A stretch of DNA of 64,000 nucleotides from Escherichia coli (GTDB lineage: Bacteria > Pseudomonadota > Gammaproteobacteria > Enterobacterales > Enterobacteriaceae), in assembly GCF_036507355.1 (NCBI RefSeq), contig NZ_AP027877.1; one strand, 5' to 3'. A program made the translations under genes and the position numbers. Every line of letters begins with the position of its first letter. Position 1 is the stretch's first letter. Positions 1 to 12,259 of this stretch are shown here, one piece after another. The notes under the pieces are model-generated. The model was not told the origin of the DNA and searched no databases. It was given only the letters and a program-made list of their open reading frames with translations.

Positions 1-273
1 TGCCACCAGGTCATTGACCGAATAATCTTTATATTTAAACGATGGACCGAAATCACCGTGCGCCAGTTGTTTCAGGTAGCTGAAATACTGTGTCATGATC
101 GGATCATTAAGATGATATTTCGCTTCGATATTGGCCATCACTTCTGGCGGTAAAGTACGTTCGCCGGTAAAAGGACTTCCCGGCGCGAGGCGCATCATAA
201 AGAACGAAATAGTAATAAGAATAAATAGCGTCGGAATCGCTTCCAGACAGCGACGTAGAATAAATTTTAACAT
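1..273 (-). CDS. oppB: Oligopeptide ABC transporter permease OppB, N-terminal portion only (gene continues past window start)
   Basis: Minus-strand translation from ATG at 271-273 reads MLKFILRRCLEAIPTLFILITISFFMMRLAPGSPFTGERTL..., recognised as OppB N-terminus; lies immediately downstream of oppA as in the opp operon. Confidence 0.85.
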   Translation of the reverse strand, partial: MLKFILRRCLEAIPTLFILITISFFMMRLAPGSPFTGERTLPPEVMANIEAKYHLNDPIMTQYFSYLKQLAHGDFGPSFKYKDYSVNDLVA

Positions 274-358
274 TGCCCTACCTTCTGGCCTGTGCCTTCT
301 GTAATGCGATAAAAATCAGACACCGTGGAGCAGGAAGCCCCTGCCCCACGTATTGCCA

Positions 359-1990
359 TCAGTGCTTCACAATGTACATATTCCGGGTGTAGGTATTATC
401 CAGCGGATCTTTGCCGGTATAACCACCAACCCACGGTTTCACCAGACGCGCATTCACGTAGTAATAAACAGGAACAATGGCCGAATCCTTATCCAGCTGT
501 TGTTCTGCTTTAGTGTACAGAGCTGTGCGCTGCGCCTCGTCAGTCACTTTCAGCGTTTCCGCCATAATGCTGTCAAAGGCCGGGCTCTTATAATGCGCGG
601 TATTCATCGAGCTGTTCGAAAGCATGGTGTTCAGGAAGGAAGTTGGTTCGTTGTAGTCAGCACACCAGCCTGCACGGGCCACATCAAAAGTACCCTGGTG
701 ACGGGTGTCGAGGAACGTTTTCCACTCCTGGTTAACCAGTTTGACGTTTACACCAATGTTTTTCTTCCACAATGAAGAGGCAGCAATCGCCAGCTTTTTA
801 TGCAGATCGGAGGTGTTATACAACAGGTTGATGGTCAACGGTTTGTCTGCGGTATAACCCGCTTCAGCCAGCAGTTTTTTCGCTTCTTCGTTACGTTTTT
901 CCTGGCTCCAGCCAAACCATTCCGGCTGAGTCAATTTTGCGCCATCAGTATACGGTGGAGTGTAACCATAGGCGGGCATGTCGCCCTGCGCTTTCACTTT
1001 ATTAACAATGATATCGCGGTCCATACCCAGTTTCAGTGCGGTACGCACACGCACATCGTTGAATGGCGGTTTCTGGTTGTTAATTTCGTAATAATAAGTG
1101 CACAGGTATGGATCAACGTGAACTTCGTCCGGGATCTCTTTTTTCAGCTTCTGGAACAATTCGATCGGCATGTTGTTATACGTCATGTCGATTTCACCAC
1201 TACGGTAGCGGTTGACATCGGTAACTTCAGAAGCAATAGGCAAATAGGTTACCTGGTTAATAACGGTTTTCGCGTTGTTCCAGTAGGTTGGGCTGCGTTC
1301 AAGAACGATTCGTTCGTTTACGACCCAATCTTTTAAGGTATAGGCACCGTTGGTGACGATATTACCAGGCTGGGTCCATTTTTCGCCGAATTTCTCGATA
1401 GCGGCTTTTGGCACCGGTGAAGTTGATGGGTGAACAAGTAATTTATAGAAGTACGGAACGGGTTCACTTAAGGTGACTTCTAATGTGTGATCATCAATAG
1501 CTTTCACGCCGAGATCGGTAATCGGTTTTTTCCCTTCAAGAATTTCATCAATACCGGCGATATGCCCATATTGCAGATAACTGGCATACGGAGAAGCAGT
1601 GTTCGGATCAACAGAACGTTGCCAGCTATACACAAAGTCTTGTGCTGTGACTGGCGTGCCATCAGACCATTTCGCATCTTTACGCAAATGGAAGGTCCAG
1701 ACTTTCGCGTCTTTATTATCCCAGGATTCAGCGACGCCAGGTGCTGGATGACCGTCAAGATCGCTGACCAGTAAGCCTTCAAACAGGTCTCGGCTGATAT
1801 TAGACTCCGGAACACCTTCAATTTTGTGCGGATCTAATGACTGAACTTCTGAACCATTGTTACGTACCAGCGTTTGTTTTTCCGCCAGTGTGACGCCTGC
1901 GGGTACATCAGCTGCCAGCGCGACATTCCCTGCCATTAGCGCAGCCAGAACACCAGCTGCTACTAAACTTCTCTTGGTGATGTTGGTCAT
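359..1990 (-). CDS. oppA: Periplasmic oligopeptide-binding protein OppA
   Basis: ORF-track protein contains MTNITKRSLVAAGVLAALMAGNVALA signal peptide; start placed at internal Met (ATG 1988-1990) preceded by GGAG-like RBS, not at the upstream ATG of the 567-aa track ORF. Confidence 0.92.
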   Translation of the reverse strand: MTNITKRSLVAAGVLAALMAGNVALAADVPAGVTLAEKQTLVRNNGSEVQSLDPHKIEGVPESNISRDLFEGLLVSDLDGHPAPGVAESWDNKDAKVWTFHLRKDAKWSDGTPVTAQDFVYSWQRSVDPNTASPYASYLQYGHIAGIDEILEGKKPITDLGVKAIDDHTLEVTLSEPVPYFYKLLVHPSTSPVPKAAIEKFGEKWTQPGNIVTNGAYTLKDWVVNERIVLERSPTYWNNAKTVINQVTYLPIASEVTDVNRYRSGEIDMTYNNMPIELFQKLKKEIPDEVHVDPYLCTYYYEINNQKPPFNDVRVRTALKLGMDRDIIVNKVKAQGDMPAYGYTPPYTDGAKLTQPEWFGWSQEKRNEEAKKLLAEAGYTADKPLTINLLYNTSDLHKKLAIAASSLWKKNIGVNVKLVNQEWKTFLDTRHQGTFDVARAGWCADYNEPTSFLNTMLSNSSMNTAHYKSPAFDSIMAETLKVTDEAQRTALYTKAEQQLDKDSAIVPVYYYVNARLVKPWVGGYTGKDPLDNTYTRNMYIVKH

Positions 1991-2727
1991 TGTTTTTTGG
2001 ACTCCCTCATTATAATTACTGGTATTAACCAGCTTGTGTAATCCCGGATTGGGACCCTGCACAGGCTCGGAGACTTTCTGCTGTCAGGTTACTTTATCGT
2101 TACGGATTGCTATCACCGACTTTATTTATTCTGGTGATTCAGACGATCACCTTATGTCGATTCGTACTGTGTCTCCCCTGTCGAGACACATTATTCTTTC
2201 ACGACGTTCTTTAATTGTTAATTATTCTCATTACCAATAAAGAATCGCCTGGCGGTTGCCCGGAAAGTACCAAATGCGCTTCTTACTCGCCAATACATTT
2301 TGCAAAATTGTTAAGCAATTCTCTTTTATTGACCGTATCAGAATCTATAGCTTGCATCCATGTCTTAACAAACATCTTTCAATTCAATCAAATAGAGATT
2401 GGTTAAGCATGTCTATCTTTTCTGATTACAGTTCCAGTAGTGAAATGCACAATAATTTAACAATTGATTATTATTTAGCACTTTCCTCTACCAAAGGCAG
2501 TGGAATTACTAATATCATTTCAATTATTCTTCAGCAAGCCCAGGATTATGATGTGGCGAAAATAACATGATGGTGAAGAGAAGCAGTTAAGGAAATCCTT
2601 ATAACTAACTGTAATTTGAGAAGAATATTTTTATCTATTCCTTTTGCTTTTGATAACTGCGCAGGAACAAAGTAAAAATAATGACGAAGTAAACGGAGCA
2701 TGGCAGCTCCGTTTCATTTGAAAGGAA

Positions 2728-3375
2728 TTAATTAAGCAGGCCGGGGAAAATCCCCTTAATACCAGTAACGATAAATTCAATCCCCAATGCCATCAGCAAT
2801 AGCCCCATAATACGCGTAATCACGTTGATGCCGGTCTGGCGTAAAACCCGTACCAGCCACGGTGCCATGCGGAACAATCCCCAACAACATAAAGCGAACA
2901 ATGCAATAGCCACAAAGAAACCAAACAGATAGCTAATGCTGTGATAACGCGTACCCCAGACGATGGTAGAACTGATCGCCCCTGGCCCCGCCATCAACGG
3001 CAACGCCAGTGGCACCACACCAATGCTTTCACGTACCGCGGTTTCTGATTTTTCTTGCTTGTTCTGTTTATCCTCTCCAAGCTTGCCGCTGATCATCGAC
3101 ATCGCTATCGTCACCACCAGGATGCCCCCGGCGATACGGAACGAATCAATTGATATACCAAAAAGTTGTAGAATCGTGTCGCCGAGAAAAAGCGAGATCC
3201 ACAAGATAATGGCCACGGACAGGTTGGCTGTAAGGTTAGTTTTGTTTCGCGCTGCCGCTGTCTGATAACTGGTCATGCTGATAAAGACGGGAATAATCCC
3301 TACCGGGTTGACCAGCGCAAATAACCCGATGAAAAATTTGAAGTAAACGGGAAAATCAAAAAGGGTCTGAATCAC
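2728..3375 (-). CDS. ychE: UPF0056/MarC-family inner membrane protein YchE
   Basis: 215-aa multi-TM protein MIQTLFDFPVYFKFFIGLFALVNPVGIIPVF...; position between oppA and adhE. Confidence 0.85.
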   Translation of the reverse strand: MIQTLFDFPVYFKFFIGLFALVNPVGIIPVFISMTSYQTAAARNKTNLTANLSVAIILWISLFLGDTILQLFGISIDSFRIAGGILVVTIAMSMISGKLGEDKQNKQEKSETAVRESIGVVPLALPLMAGPGAISSTIVWGTRYHSISYLFGFFVAIALFALCCWGLFRMAPWLVRVLRQTGINVITRIMGLLLMALGIEFIVTGIKGIFPGLLN

Positions 3376-3851
3376 GGTTAGCTCCGAAGCAAAAGCCGGA
3401 TAATGTTAGCCATAAATAAGGTTGAAAAGACGCGCTGACAATACGCCTTTTGACAGCATTTTTCACCTCCTAACTACTTAAAATTGCTATCATTCGTTAT
3501 TGTTATCTAGTTGTGCAAAACATGCTAATGTAGCCACCAAATCATACTACAATTTATTAACTGTTAGCTATAATGGCGAAAAGCGATGCTGAAAGGTGTC
3601 AGCTTTGCAAAAATTTGATTTGGATCACGTAATCAGTACCCAGAAGTGAGTAATCTTGCTTACGCCACCTGGAAGTGACGCATTAGAGATAATAACTCTA
3701 ATGTTTAAACTCTTTTAGTAAATCACAGTGAGTGTGAGCGCGAGTAAGCTTTTGATTTTCATCGGTTAAGCAAATCATCACCGCACTGACTATACTCTCG
3801 TATTCGAGCAGATGATTTACTAAAAAAGTTTAACATTATCAGGAGAGCATT

Positions 3852-6527
3852 ATGGCTGTTACTAATGTCGCTGAACTTAACGCACTCGTAGAGCGTGTAA
3901 AAAAAGCCCAGCGTGAATATGCCAGTTTCACTCAAGAGCAAGTAGACAAAATCTTCCGCGCCGCCGCTCTGGCTGCTGCAGATGCTCGAATCCCACTCGC
4001 GAAAATGGCCGTTGCCGAATCCGGCATGGGTATCGTCGAAGATAAAGTGATCAAAAACCACTTTGCTTCTGAATATATCTACAACGCCTATAAAGATGAA
4101 AAAACCTGTGGTGTTCTGTCTGAAGACGACACTTTTGGTACCATCACTATCGCTGAACCAATCGGTATTATTTGCGGTATCGTTCCGACCACTAACCCGA
4201 CTTCAACTGCTATCTTCAAATCGCTGATCAGTCTGAAGACCCGTAACGCCATTATCTTCTCCCCGCACCCGCGTGCAAAAGATGCCACCAACAAAGCGGC
4301 TGATATCGTTCTGCAGGCTGCTATCGCTGCCGGTGCTCCGAAAGATCTGATCGGCTGGATCGATCAACCTTCTGTTGAACTTTCTAACGCACTGATGCAC
4401 CACCCAGACATCAACCTGATCCTCGCGACTGGTGGTCCGGGCATGGTTAAAGCCGCATACAGCTCCGGTAAACCAGCTATCGGTGTAGGCGCGGGTAACA
4501 CTCCAGTTGTTATTGATGAAACTGCTGATATCAAACGTGCAGTTGCATCTGTACTGATGTCCAAAACCTTCGACAACGGCGTAATCTGTGCTTCTGAACA
4601 GTCTGTTGTTGTTGTTGACTCTGTTTATGACGCAGTACGTGAACGTTTCGCAACCCACGGCGGCTATCTGTTGCAGGGTAAAGAGCTGAAAGCTGTTCAG
4701 GACGTTATCCTGAAAAACGGTGCGCTGAACGCGGCTATCGTAGGTCAGCCAGCCTATAAAATTGCTGAACTGGCAGGCTTCTCTGTACCAGAAAACACCA
4801 AGATTCTGATCGGTGAAGTGACCGTTGTTGATGAAAGCGAACCGTTCGCACATGAAAAACTGTCCCCGACTCTGGCAATGTACCGCGCTAAAGATTTCGA
4901 AGACGCGGTAGAAAAAGCAGAGAAACTGGTTGCTATGGGTGGTATTGGTCATACCTCTTGCCTGTACACTGACCAGGATAACCAACCGGCTCGCGTTTCT
5001 TACTTCGGTCAGAAAATGAAAACGGCTCGTATCCTGATTAACACCCCGGCTTCTCAGGGTGGTATCGGTGACCTGTATAACTTCAAACTCGCACCTTCCC
5101 TGACTCTGGGTTGTGGTTCCTGGGGTGGTAACTCCATCTCTGAAAACGTTGGTCCGAAACACCTGATCAACAAGAAAACCGTTGCTAAGCGAGCTGAAAA
5201 CATGTTGTGGCACAAACTTCCGAAATCTATCTACTTCCGCCGTGGCTCCCTGCCAATCGCGCTGGATGAAGTGATTACTGATGGCCACAAACGTGCGCTC
5301 ATCGTGACTGACCGCTTCCTGTTCAACAATGGTTATGCTGATCAGATCACTTCCGTACTGAAAGCAGCAGGCGTTGAAACTGAAGTCTTCTTCGAAGTAG
5401 AAGCGGACCCGACCCTGAGCATCGTTCGTAAAGGTGCAGAACTGGCAAACTCCTTCAAACCAGACGTGATTATCGCGCTGGGTGGTGGTTCCCCGATGGA
5501 CGCCGCGAAGATCATGTGGGTTATGTACGAACATCCGGAAACTCACTTCGAAGAGCTGGCGCTGCGCTTTATGGATATCCGTAAACGTATCTACAAGTTC
5601 CCGAAAATGGGCGTGAAAGCGAAAATGATTGCTGTCACCACCACTTCTGGTACAGGTTCTGAAGTCACTCCGTTTGCGGTTGTAACTGACGACGCTACTG
5701 GTCAGAAATACCCGCTGGCGGACTATGCGCTGACCCCGGATATGGCGATTGTCGACGCCAACCTGGTTATGGACATGCCGAAGTCCCTGTGTGCTTTCGG
5801 TGGTCTGGACGCAGTAACTCACGCCATGGAAGCTTATGTTTCTGTACTGGCATCTGAGTTCTCTGATGGTCAGGCTCTGCAGGCACTGAAACTGCTGAAA
5901 GAATATCTGCCAGCGTCCTACCACGAAGGGTCTAAAAATCCGGTAGCGCGTGAACGTGTTCACAGTGCAGCGACTATCGCGGGTATCGCGTTTGCGAACG
6001 CCTTCCTGGGTGTATGTCACTCAATGGCGCACAAACTGGGTTCCCAGTTCCATATTCCGCACGGTCTGGCAAACGCCCTGCTGATTTGTAACGTTATTCG
6101 CTACAATGCGAACGACAACCCGACCAAGCAGACTGCATTCAGCCAGTATGACCGTCCGCAGGCTCGCCGTCGTTATGCTGAAATTGCCGACCACCTGGGT
6201 CTGAGCGCACCGGGCGACCGTACTGCTGCTAAGATCGAGAAACTGCTGGCATGGCTGGAAACGCTGAAGGCTGAACTGGGTATTCCGAAATCTATCCGTG
6301 AAGCTGGCGTTCAGGAAGCAGACTTCCTGGCGAACGTGGATAAACTGTCTGAAGATGCATTCGATGACCAGTGCACCGGCGCTAACCCGCGTTACCCGCT
6401 GATCTCCGAGCTGAAACAGATTCTGCTGGATACCTACTACGGTCGTGATTATGTAGAAGGTGAAACTGCAGCGAAAAAAGAAGCCGCTCCGGCTAAAGCT
6501 GAGAAAAAAGCGAAAAAATCCGCTTAA
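3852..6527 (+). CDS. adhE: Bifunctional acetaldehyde-CoA/alcohol dehydrogenase AdhE
   Basis: 891-aa [29 protein letters not shown]... with N-terminal aldehyde dehydrogenase and C-terminal Fe-ADH domains; strong RBS AGGAGA upstream. Confidence 0.97.
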
Positions 6528-6568
6528 TCAGTAGCGCTGTCTGGCAACATAAACGGCCCCTTCTGGGG

Positions 6569-7994
6569 TAATGCCAGTCAGTTAAGCAACTGACTGGCTC
6601 TTTTTCGGGGCTGTGGGGTATTTCCAGGGCCTCTCCTTTGCCACTCTCGGGAAGGCCCTTTCCCTTCTTGTCGGTAATTTCACAAGTTGTCCCATACTTG
6701 CAAGATCGCGCATCAGCTCCGGTATACGTCCCGGTGAAGCGCCCTGCAATGTCATCAGCATTCTCATCACCATTCCGCATGATTCTGAGAAGCTCAGTTG
6801 ATTTGGCCAGTAACCTTTCAGATGTTCCGCCATTTTAATCATCTGATATCTCACCAGATTATAAGCCAGTAAGACACCCCACAGCTCTTGCTCCACAAGC
6901 TCAGGCTTTTTACTTCTCAGCGTCAGCCTACTCAGTTGCATCGTCTGTTTTATCTCCCTGTATCCCAGTTCGATTTCCCAGCGATGACTGTACAGATCCG
7001 CCATTTCTCCTCCGGGGAAGCGCATGGCGTCCGTCATCGACGTCAGCAGATGGCAGACTTTTCCTTTGCGCGTCACGGTCAGCAGGCGGGCTGTCACCTC
7101 ATTTCCCAGTCCCGGCCACTTTTTTCGTGCCTGCGGGCTGGTTTTCAGCTTCACCAGATGATCGCCTTTACCCAGTTTTCTGATCTCTTCATATTGCGCT
7201 CCCTTTCTGAGAGGGATCATCCAGTGGCGGTGTTCTCCCGCCAGGCTCCAGGCATTTAACAATCCCAGTGAGTAATAACCTTTATCCATTAACGTCAGAG
7301 TGTTATCGCCGGTTTGTTCTATAAGTTGCTCAGCAAGCTCATTTTCGCTGTTCTTCATCGTGCCGAAGGCTGCAGCCGTCAGCAGATGGCTGGTCAGTTC
7401 CATCTGGCAGACCATTTTGACCTGCGGGTAGAGCGCCGGGGTCCCGGCATGTGTCTGGCGAGGGAAGGCTGCATCGTTCTCTGGTGTATCCGGTGTGCGC
7501 CAGAACACACCATCGATGGCCAGCAGGGTCAGGCCGCACCAGTGCGGATGCGGCGTGGCGTTATGCCAGAGCTGCGCTGTTTTCGTGAACACGCGGCGGA
7601 CAGCCTCACTTCCCAGGCGCTGGCGGGCCTGAATAACAGCACTGGGGGCAACGAAGGGGCGATTGCCCGGCAGCATGATGTCCAGGCGATTCACAATCTG
7701 GTGAAGAGGTTCTTTACGCTCAAGCGCCATGCCAACAATACACCAGACCATCATTTCGAGGGGAAGACGGCGCTTGCGTAGCGTTACAGTACCTGATTCG
7801 GCAAGGCAACGAGAGATGAGTTCGGGGTCGAGGTAATCCCCCAGAGAAGTCAGTGGGTTACGCAGAGAATCGTAACGGGATACCAGATCAAGAGCCTGTC
7901 CAATGTGCATAAAAAAATCCGGAAACGAGTGAGCGTTTCCGGATTCTTACACAGCCACTGGATCGGTCAACTGATCCTTAACTGATCGGCATTA
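6569..7994 (-). mobile_element. IS4 insertion sequence (1426 bp), apparently intact, flanked by 12-bp target-site duplication CCCCTTCTGGGG
   Basis: Terminal inverted repeats TAATGCC(A/G)(G/A)TCAGTTAAG at both ends; direct repeat ccccttctgggg at 6557-6568 and 7995-8006; encloses full 442-aa IS4-family transposase. Confidence 0.85.
6582..7910 (-). CDS. insG: IS4 transposase (InsG-like, DDE, IS4 family)
   Basis: 442-aa [53 protein letters not shown]... with YREIK motif region ([14 protein letters not shown]) typical of IS4-family transposases. Confidence 0.85.
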   Translation of the reverse strand: MHIGQALDLVSRYDSLRNPLTSLGDYLDPELISRCLAESGTVTLRKRRLPLEMMVWCIVGMALERKEPLHQIVNRLDIMLPGNRPFVAPSAVIQARQRLGSEAVRRVFTKTAQLWHNATPHPHWCGLTLLAIDGVFWRTPDTPENDAAFPRQTHAGTPALYPQVKMVCQMELTSHLLTAAAFGTMKNSENELAEQLIEQTGDNTLTLMDKGYYSLGLLNAWSLAGEHRHWMIPLRKGAQYEEIRKLGKGDHLVKLKTSPQARKKWPGLGNEVTARLLTVTRKGKVCHLLTSMTDAMRFPGGEMADLYSHRWEIELGYREIKQTMQLSRLTLRSKKPELVEQELWGVLLAYNLVRYQMIKMAEHLKGYWPNQLSFSESCGMVMRMLMTLQGASPGRIPELMRDLASMGQLVKLPTRRERAFPRVAKERPWKYPTAPKKSQSVA

Positions 7995-8016
7995 CCCCTT
8001 CTGGGGCCGTTTTTTT
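7995..8016 (+). terminator. Distal half of adhE rho-independent terminator (hairpin split by IS4)
   Basis: Reconstructing the pre-insertion sequence gives aaacggccccttctggggccgttttttt: GC stem plus T-run directly after adhE stop; IS4 sits inside the loop/stem. Confidence 0.6.
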
Positions 8017-8266
8017 GTTTTCCTAAAGCAACTATTCCATAAACCGACAGCATTAGCCTTCATCATAATTGCAGCGATGTATAACGCCTAAACACAGGGA
8101 TATTGTACTTTACAGGTCACAAGTCAACGTCGGTGCTTAAGAGCCCTGTGAGGCGTATAGCGGCGTTAAAAAACTGCCGAGAAGGGTGTATAGCCCGGAA
8201 GAAGTGCGTAAAACGAACTGACAGGATAAAAACGCCCTGCTCACCCTGTCAGTAAAGAAATTCTTA

Positions 8267-8884
8267 TTAATCGTGGCGATGCCTTTCCTGAATAGCCGTT
8301 AATGAGCCGACTTCTAACGCCTCTTTATAGTGTTTACGGCATACAGAAACGTAACGTTCATTACCACCAATAACCACCTGCTCACCTTCGTTATAAGGTC
8401 TGCCTGCTTGATCAAGACGCAGCACCATGCTTGCTTTACGGCCACAAAAACAGATGGTTTTTAATTCAACCAGTTTGTCGGACCATGCCAGTAAGTATTG
8501 GCTACCAATAAATAATTCACCTCGAAAATCGGTACGTAAACCATAACAAAGTACGGGTATATCGAGTTGATCGACAACCTCCGATAATTCATATACTTGT
8601 TGTCTGGTTAAAAACTGGCATTCATCAACCAGTACGCAATGAATTGCCTGCTGTTCATGTTCCGCACGAATCTCGGCAAATAATGATGAATTTTGGTTAA
8701 ATAATTTTGCAGGCGATGACAAACCTATACGCGAGCTGACTTTCCCGGCACCAAAGCGATCATCAATTTCTGCCGTATATACGACAGTGCGCATGCCGCG
8801 TTCCTGGTAATTGTATGAAGATTGCAACAATGCTGTAGACTTACCCGCATTCATTGCGGAATAGTAGAAATATAGCTGTGCCAT
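8267..8884 (-). CDS. tdk: Thymidine kinase
   Basis: 205-aa [33 protein letters not shown]... with P-loop GKST. Confidence 0.95.
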   Translation of the reverse strand: MAQLYFYYSAMNAGKSTALLQSSYNYQERGMRTVVYTAEIDDRFGAGKVSSRIGLSSPAKLFNQNSSLFAEIRAEHEQQAIHCVLVDECQFLTRQQVYELSEVVDQLDIPVLCYGLRTDFRGELFIGSQYLLAWSDKLVELKTICFCGRKASMVLRLDQAGRPYNEGEQVVIGGNERYVSVCRKHYKEALEVGSLTAIQERHRHD

Positions 8885-9487
8885 CAGCCACAGGCCCTCA
8901 ATGATATGAAATAAAGTTGGCTGGAGTTTATCATAATTCGTCAGTTTTTCAGCTCAACAGTATGCACAGAAGTGGTATATGCGTTCTCCCTTACGAAGCC
9001 TTGCATAATCCTTCTGAGCTATCATTACAACTGCCTCGCTTGTTATAAGCGGGTAAATGACTGCTGGTAACTATTCACAATCTTTAACCTGTTGCGCAAG
9101 TAATAGCCCTCTGTTGACCTCCAGGAGATAGTGCAATACTAAGTCCCTGCTCTTATTGCGACTGTTCTACTTTTCATCATTCGCTTAATAGGGAATTCTC
9201 GTAAACACGACTAATACAGAAGACTGAAAGGTCGTCAGCCTACGATAATCTCCCCATAAAATGTGACATGAATCAGGAAGTTTTAACCTCACGTGCTGCG
9301 AAATCATCGGTGCAAATAGGGCTATATGCCGCGTCTTTTCTGGCTAATTTTATGAAAAGATATTTATTGGCGGCACAAAATAAAGAACAATTTTGAATTC
9401 CTTACATTCCTGGCTATTGCACAACTGAATTTAAGGCTCTATTATTACCTCAACAAACCACCCCAATATAAGTTTGAGATTACTACA

Positions 9488-9901
9488 ATGAGCGAAGCAC
9501 TTAAAATTCTGAACAACATCCGTACTCTTCGTGCGCAGGCAAGAGAATGTACACTTGAAACGCTGGAAGAAATGCTGGAAAAATTAGAAGTTGTTGTTAA
9601 CGAACGTCGCGAAGAAGAAAGCGCGGCTGCTGCTGAAGTTGAAGAGCGCACTCGTAAACTGCAGCAATATCGCGAAATGCTGATCGCTGACGGTATTGAC
9701 CCGAACGAACTGCTGAATAGCCTTGCCGCCGTTAAATCTGGCACCAAAGCTAAACGTGCTCAGCGTCCGGCAAAATATAGCTACGTTGACGAAAACGGCG
9801 AAACTAAAACCTGGACTGGCCAGGGCCGTACTCCAGCTGTAATCAAAAAAGCAATGGATGAGCAAGGTAAATCCCTCGACGATTTCCTGATCAAGCAATA
9901 A
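9488..9901 (+). CDS. hns: Nucleoid-associated DNA-binding protein H-NS
   Basis: 137-aa [44 protein letters not shown]... ending ...[11 protein letters not shown]; long AT-rich upstream region. Confidence 0.97.
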
Positions 9902-9924
9902 TCTTTTGTAGATTGCACTTGCTT

Positions 9925-9952
9925 AAAATCCCGCCATCGGCGGGATTTTTTA
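9925..9952 (+). terminator. Rho-independent terminator of hns
   Basis: Hairpin atcccgccatcggcgggat followed by T-run immediately after hns stop. Confidence 0.7.
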
Positions 9953-10044
9953 TTGTCCGGTTTAAGACAATTTAATAAGAATAAGCTATAAAAAAACGGC
10001 GTCGATTGCTCAACGCCGTTTCGTGGATAACACCGATACGGATG

Positions 10045-10953
10045 TTACTTCTTAATGCCCATCTCTTCTTCAAGCCAGGCTTTAAATTCCGTGCCAAGGG
10101 TGTTATGACGAATACCGTATTCAACGAAGGCCTGCATGTAACCTAATTTATTACCGCAGTCATGGCTCTTCCCTTTCATATGATAGGCTTCAACCGTTTC
10201 TTTTTCGATTAGCATATCAATTGCGTCGGTGAGCTGAATTTCATCACCAGCTCCCGGAGGGGTTTTTGCCAGCAACGGCCAAATATCCGCACTAAGTACG
10301 TAACGACCCACAATAGCGAGATTAGACGGCGCAACATCCGCTTTTGGTTTTTCAACCACGCCAACCATCGGTACGCTTTCACCCGGCGCTAATTCAACGC
10401 CTTTGCAATCCACAACGCCATATGCGGTCACATCAGCAACCGGTTCAACCATGATCTGGCTATGACCCGTTTCATCGAAGCGGCGGATCATCTCTGCCAG
10501 GTTATCCTGTGATAAATCGGATTCATATTCATCCAGAATAACGTCAGGCAAAATAACAGCCACAGGTTCATCACCCACTACCGGGTGAGCACACAATACC
10601 GCGTGTCCCAGGCCTTTCGCCAGCCCCTGACGAACTTGCATAATAGTTACGTGCGGCGGACAAATAGACTGCACTTCATCAAGCAGTTGACGTTTTACAC
10701 GTTTTTCCAGCATTGCTTCCAGTTCAAAACTGGTATCAAAGTGGTTTTCAATAGAGTTTTTAGATGAGTGTGTAACCAGCACAATTTCAGTAATGCCAGC
10801 CGCAATACATTCATTCACGACGTATTGAATTAATGGCTTATCGACAAGTGGCAGCATCTCTTTCGGGATGGCTTTCGTCGCCGGCAACATCCTGGTTCCT
10901 AATCCCGCAACGGGGATAACGGCTTTTTTGACTTTCGTATTAATGGCAGCCAT
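10045..10953 (-). CDS. galU: UTP-glucose-1-phosphate uridylyltransferase
   Basis: 302-aa [47 protein letters not shown]... Confidence 0.95.
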
Positions 10954-11154
10954 TTAAATTCTCCTGGACTGTTCGTGTTTTGAACGTGTTCATATTTCTG
11001 TATCGCATCCCAGTATATCAGCACCCCGGAGGGGCTAAGTTCTGAAAAGGAGGCGAGTTAGCATAATTAAGACAATTACTTATACGAATGGCGACGATAG
11101 TACCACCAGCCGACATTAGCAGGTAATGCAAATTTAGCCCGCGTTATCGTTTGC

Positions 11155-12168
11155 TCATTCTGCAGACAACATCAAGCGCAGTCGACCACCGGTTCCCCAT
11201 ATTTGGCATTGCCAGGCATCGCATCGCTGGCTCAATTGATTCAAATAAGCGTTACCTAAAGTGCCTAACGGAACACCATTACTGATTTGCACCTGGTGTT
11301 CGCCGGTATTTAACGTCGCATTCAGACCCGCAGAAACCAGAATGAGATTTTTCAGTTCGCGATGATAATAGCCAACTAATAGCGGAAACTGCCCCGGCAG
11401 ATTGGCCTGACGGAGTAAATGGTTTACCTGCTTCAATAACGCGCCCAACTCTGGCAACCGTTGATTTTGGTGTGCAAGCTGTTCCTGTAATAATCCGTTA
11501 AACAATGCGCGTAATAACAAGGCAGCAAGTACGCCATTATGTCCAGCTCGGGTTACATCAAGGCAATAAAATGCCAGATCGTTTTCCGAAAGTGCGGCAA
11601 TATCAAGCACCAGGCCGGGTTTGTCCGCGGCAACCAATTGACGATAATTAACCCGGCAATGGGAAATCACCTGCTGAACCGGCGGTTGTAGTTCCTGTAA
11701 TAATTTCGCCGCTGCGGCAGGGTTATCAACCATTGCATCCCAGTCGCGAAAAAGCCTTTCCTCTTCCTCAACGCGCGAATTAAACATGCTGGGATAGAGA
11801 CAGGCAAAAACCATCTCGCGCAAGCGATTCAGATCTTTAACTGGTTTCAGCAAAACATCTTCAACGCCCAGACGTAACGCTTTGGCAATATCTGCCATAT
11901 TTTCAGTGGCAGATATCACCAGAACTGGGGTCTGGTCGCCTCTGTTACGTATATGCTCCAGCAGTTTAAGCCCGTTCATTCGTGGCATCGCGATATCACA
12001 TATCATCAGGTCTGGAGTGAAACCTCCCAGCAACTCAAGGGCATCCACCCCATCAGCCGCCAGTACCGTTGTCGCTCCCAATGAGGAAAACCACGAATCC
12101 AGAAGCGAGCGAAATACCTGCTCATCTTCAACAATGAGAATCTGTTTTCCGACCAATGGCTGCGTCAT
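11155..12168 (-). CDS. rssB: RpoS proteolysis adaptor response regulator RssB (Hnr)
   Basis: 337-aa ORF MTQPLVGKQILIVEDEQVFRSLLDSWF... receiver domain plus PP2C-like C-terminus. Confidence 0.93.
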   Translation of the reverse strand: MTQPLVGKQILIVEDEQVFRSLLDSWFSSLGATTVLAADGVDALELLGGFTPDLMICDIAMPRMNGLKLLEHIRNRGDQTPVLVISATENMADIAKALRLGVEDVLLKPVKDLNRLREMVFACLYPSMFNSRVEEEERLFRDWDAMVDNPAAAAKLLQELQPPVQQVISHCRVNYRQLVAADKPGLVLDIAALSENDLAFYCLDVTRAGHNGVLAALLLRALFNGLLQEQLAHQNQRLPELGALLKQVNHLLRQANLPGQFPLLVGYYHRELKNLILVSAGLNATLNTGEHQVQISNGVPLGTLGNAYLNQLSQRCDAWQCQIWGTGGRLRLMLSAE

Positions 12169-12259
12169 GTTCTCTCCCCTGACTGGCTTTACTCAATAGT
12201 GGCATGCTATTGCCACCTGCGCCTGTCAGAATTAACTTAAGTGTAGATAAAAATTCTGG

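Noticed and set aside
2063-2727. Small ORFs (63-104 aa) in the oppA upstream region
   Set aside because: This is the long oppA 5' leader/promoter region; ORFs are AT-rich, lack RBS and overlap each other. No specific sRNA site could be pinned down by eye.
4203-6020. 605-aa minus-strand ORF in the six-frame track
   Set aside because: Lies entirely antisense within adhE, whose protein is unambiguous; low-complexity Arg/Val/Phe-rich translation typical of antisense frames.
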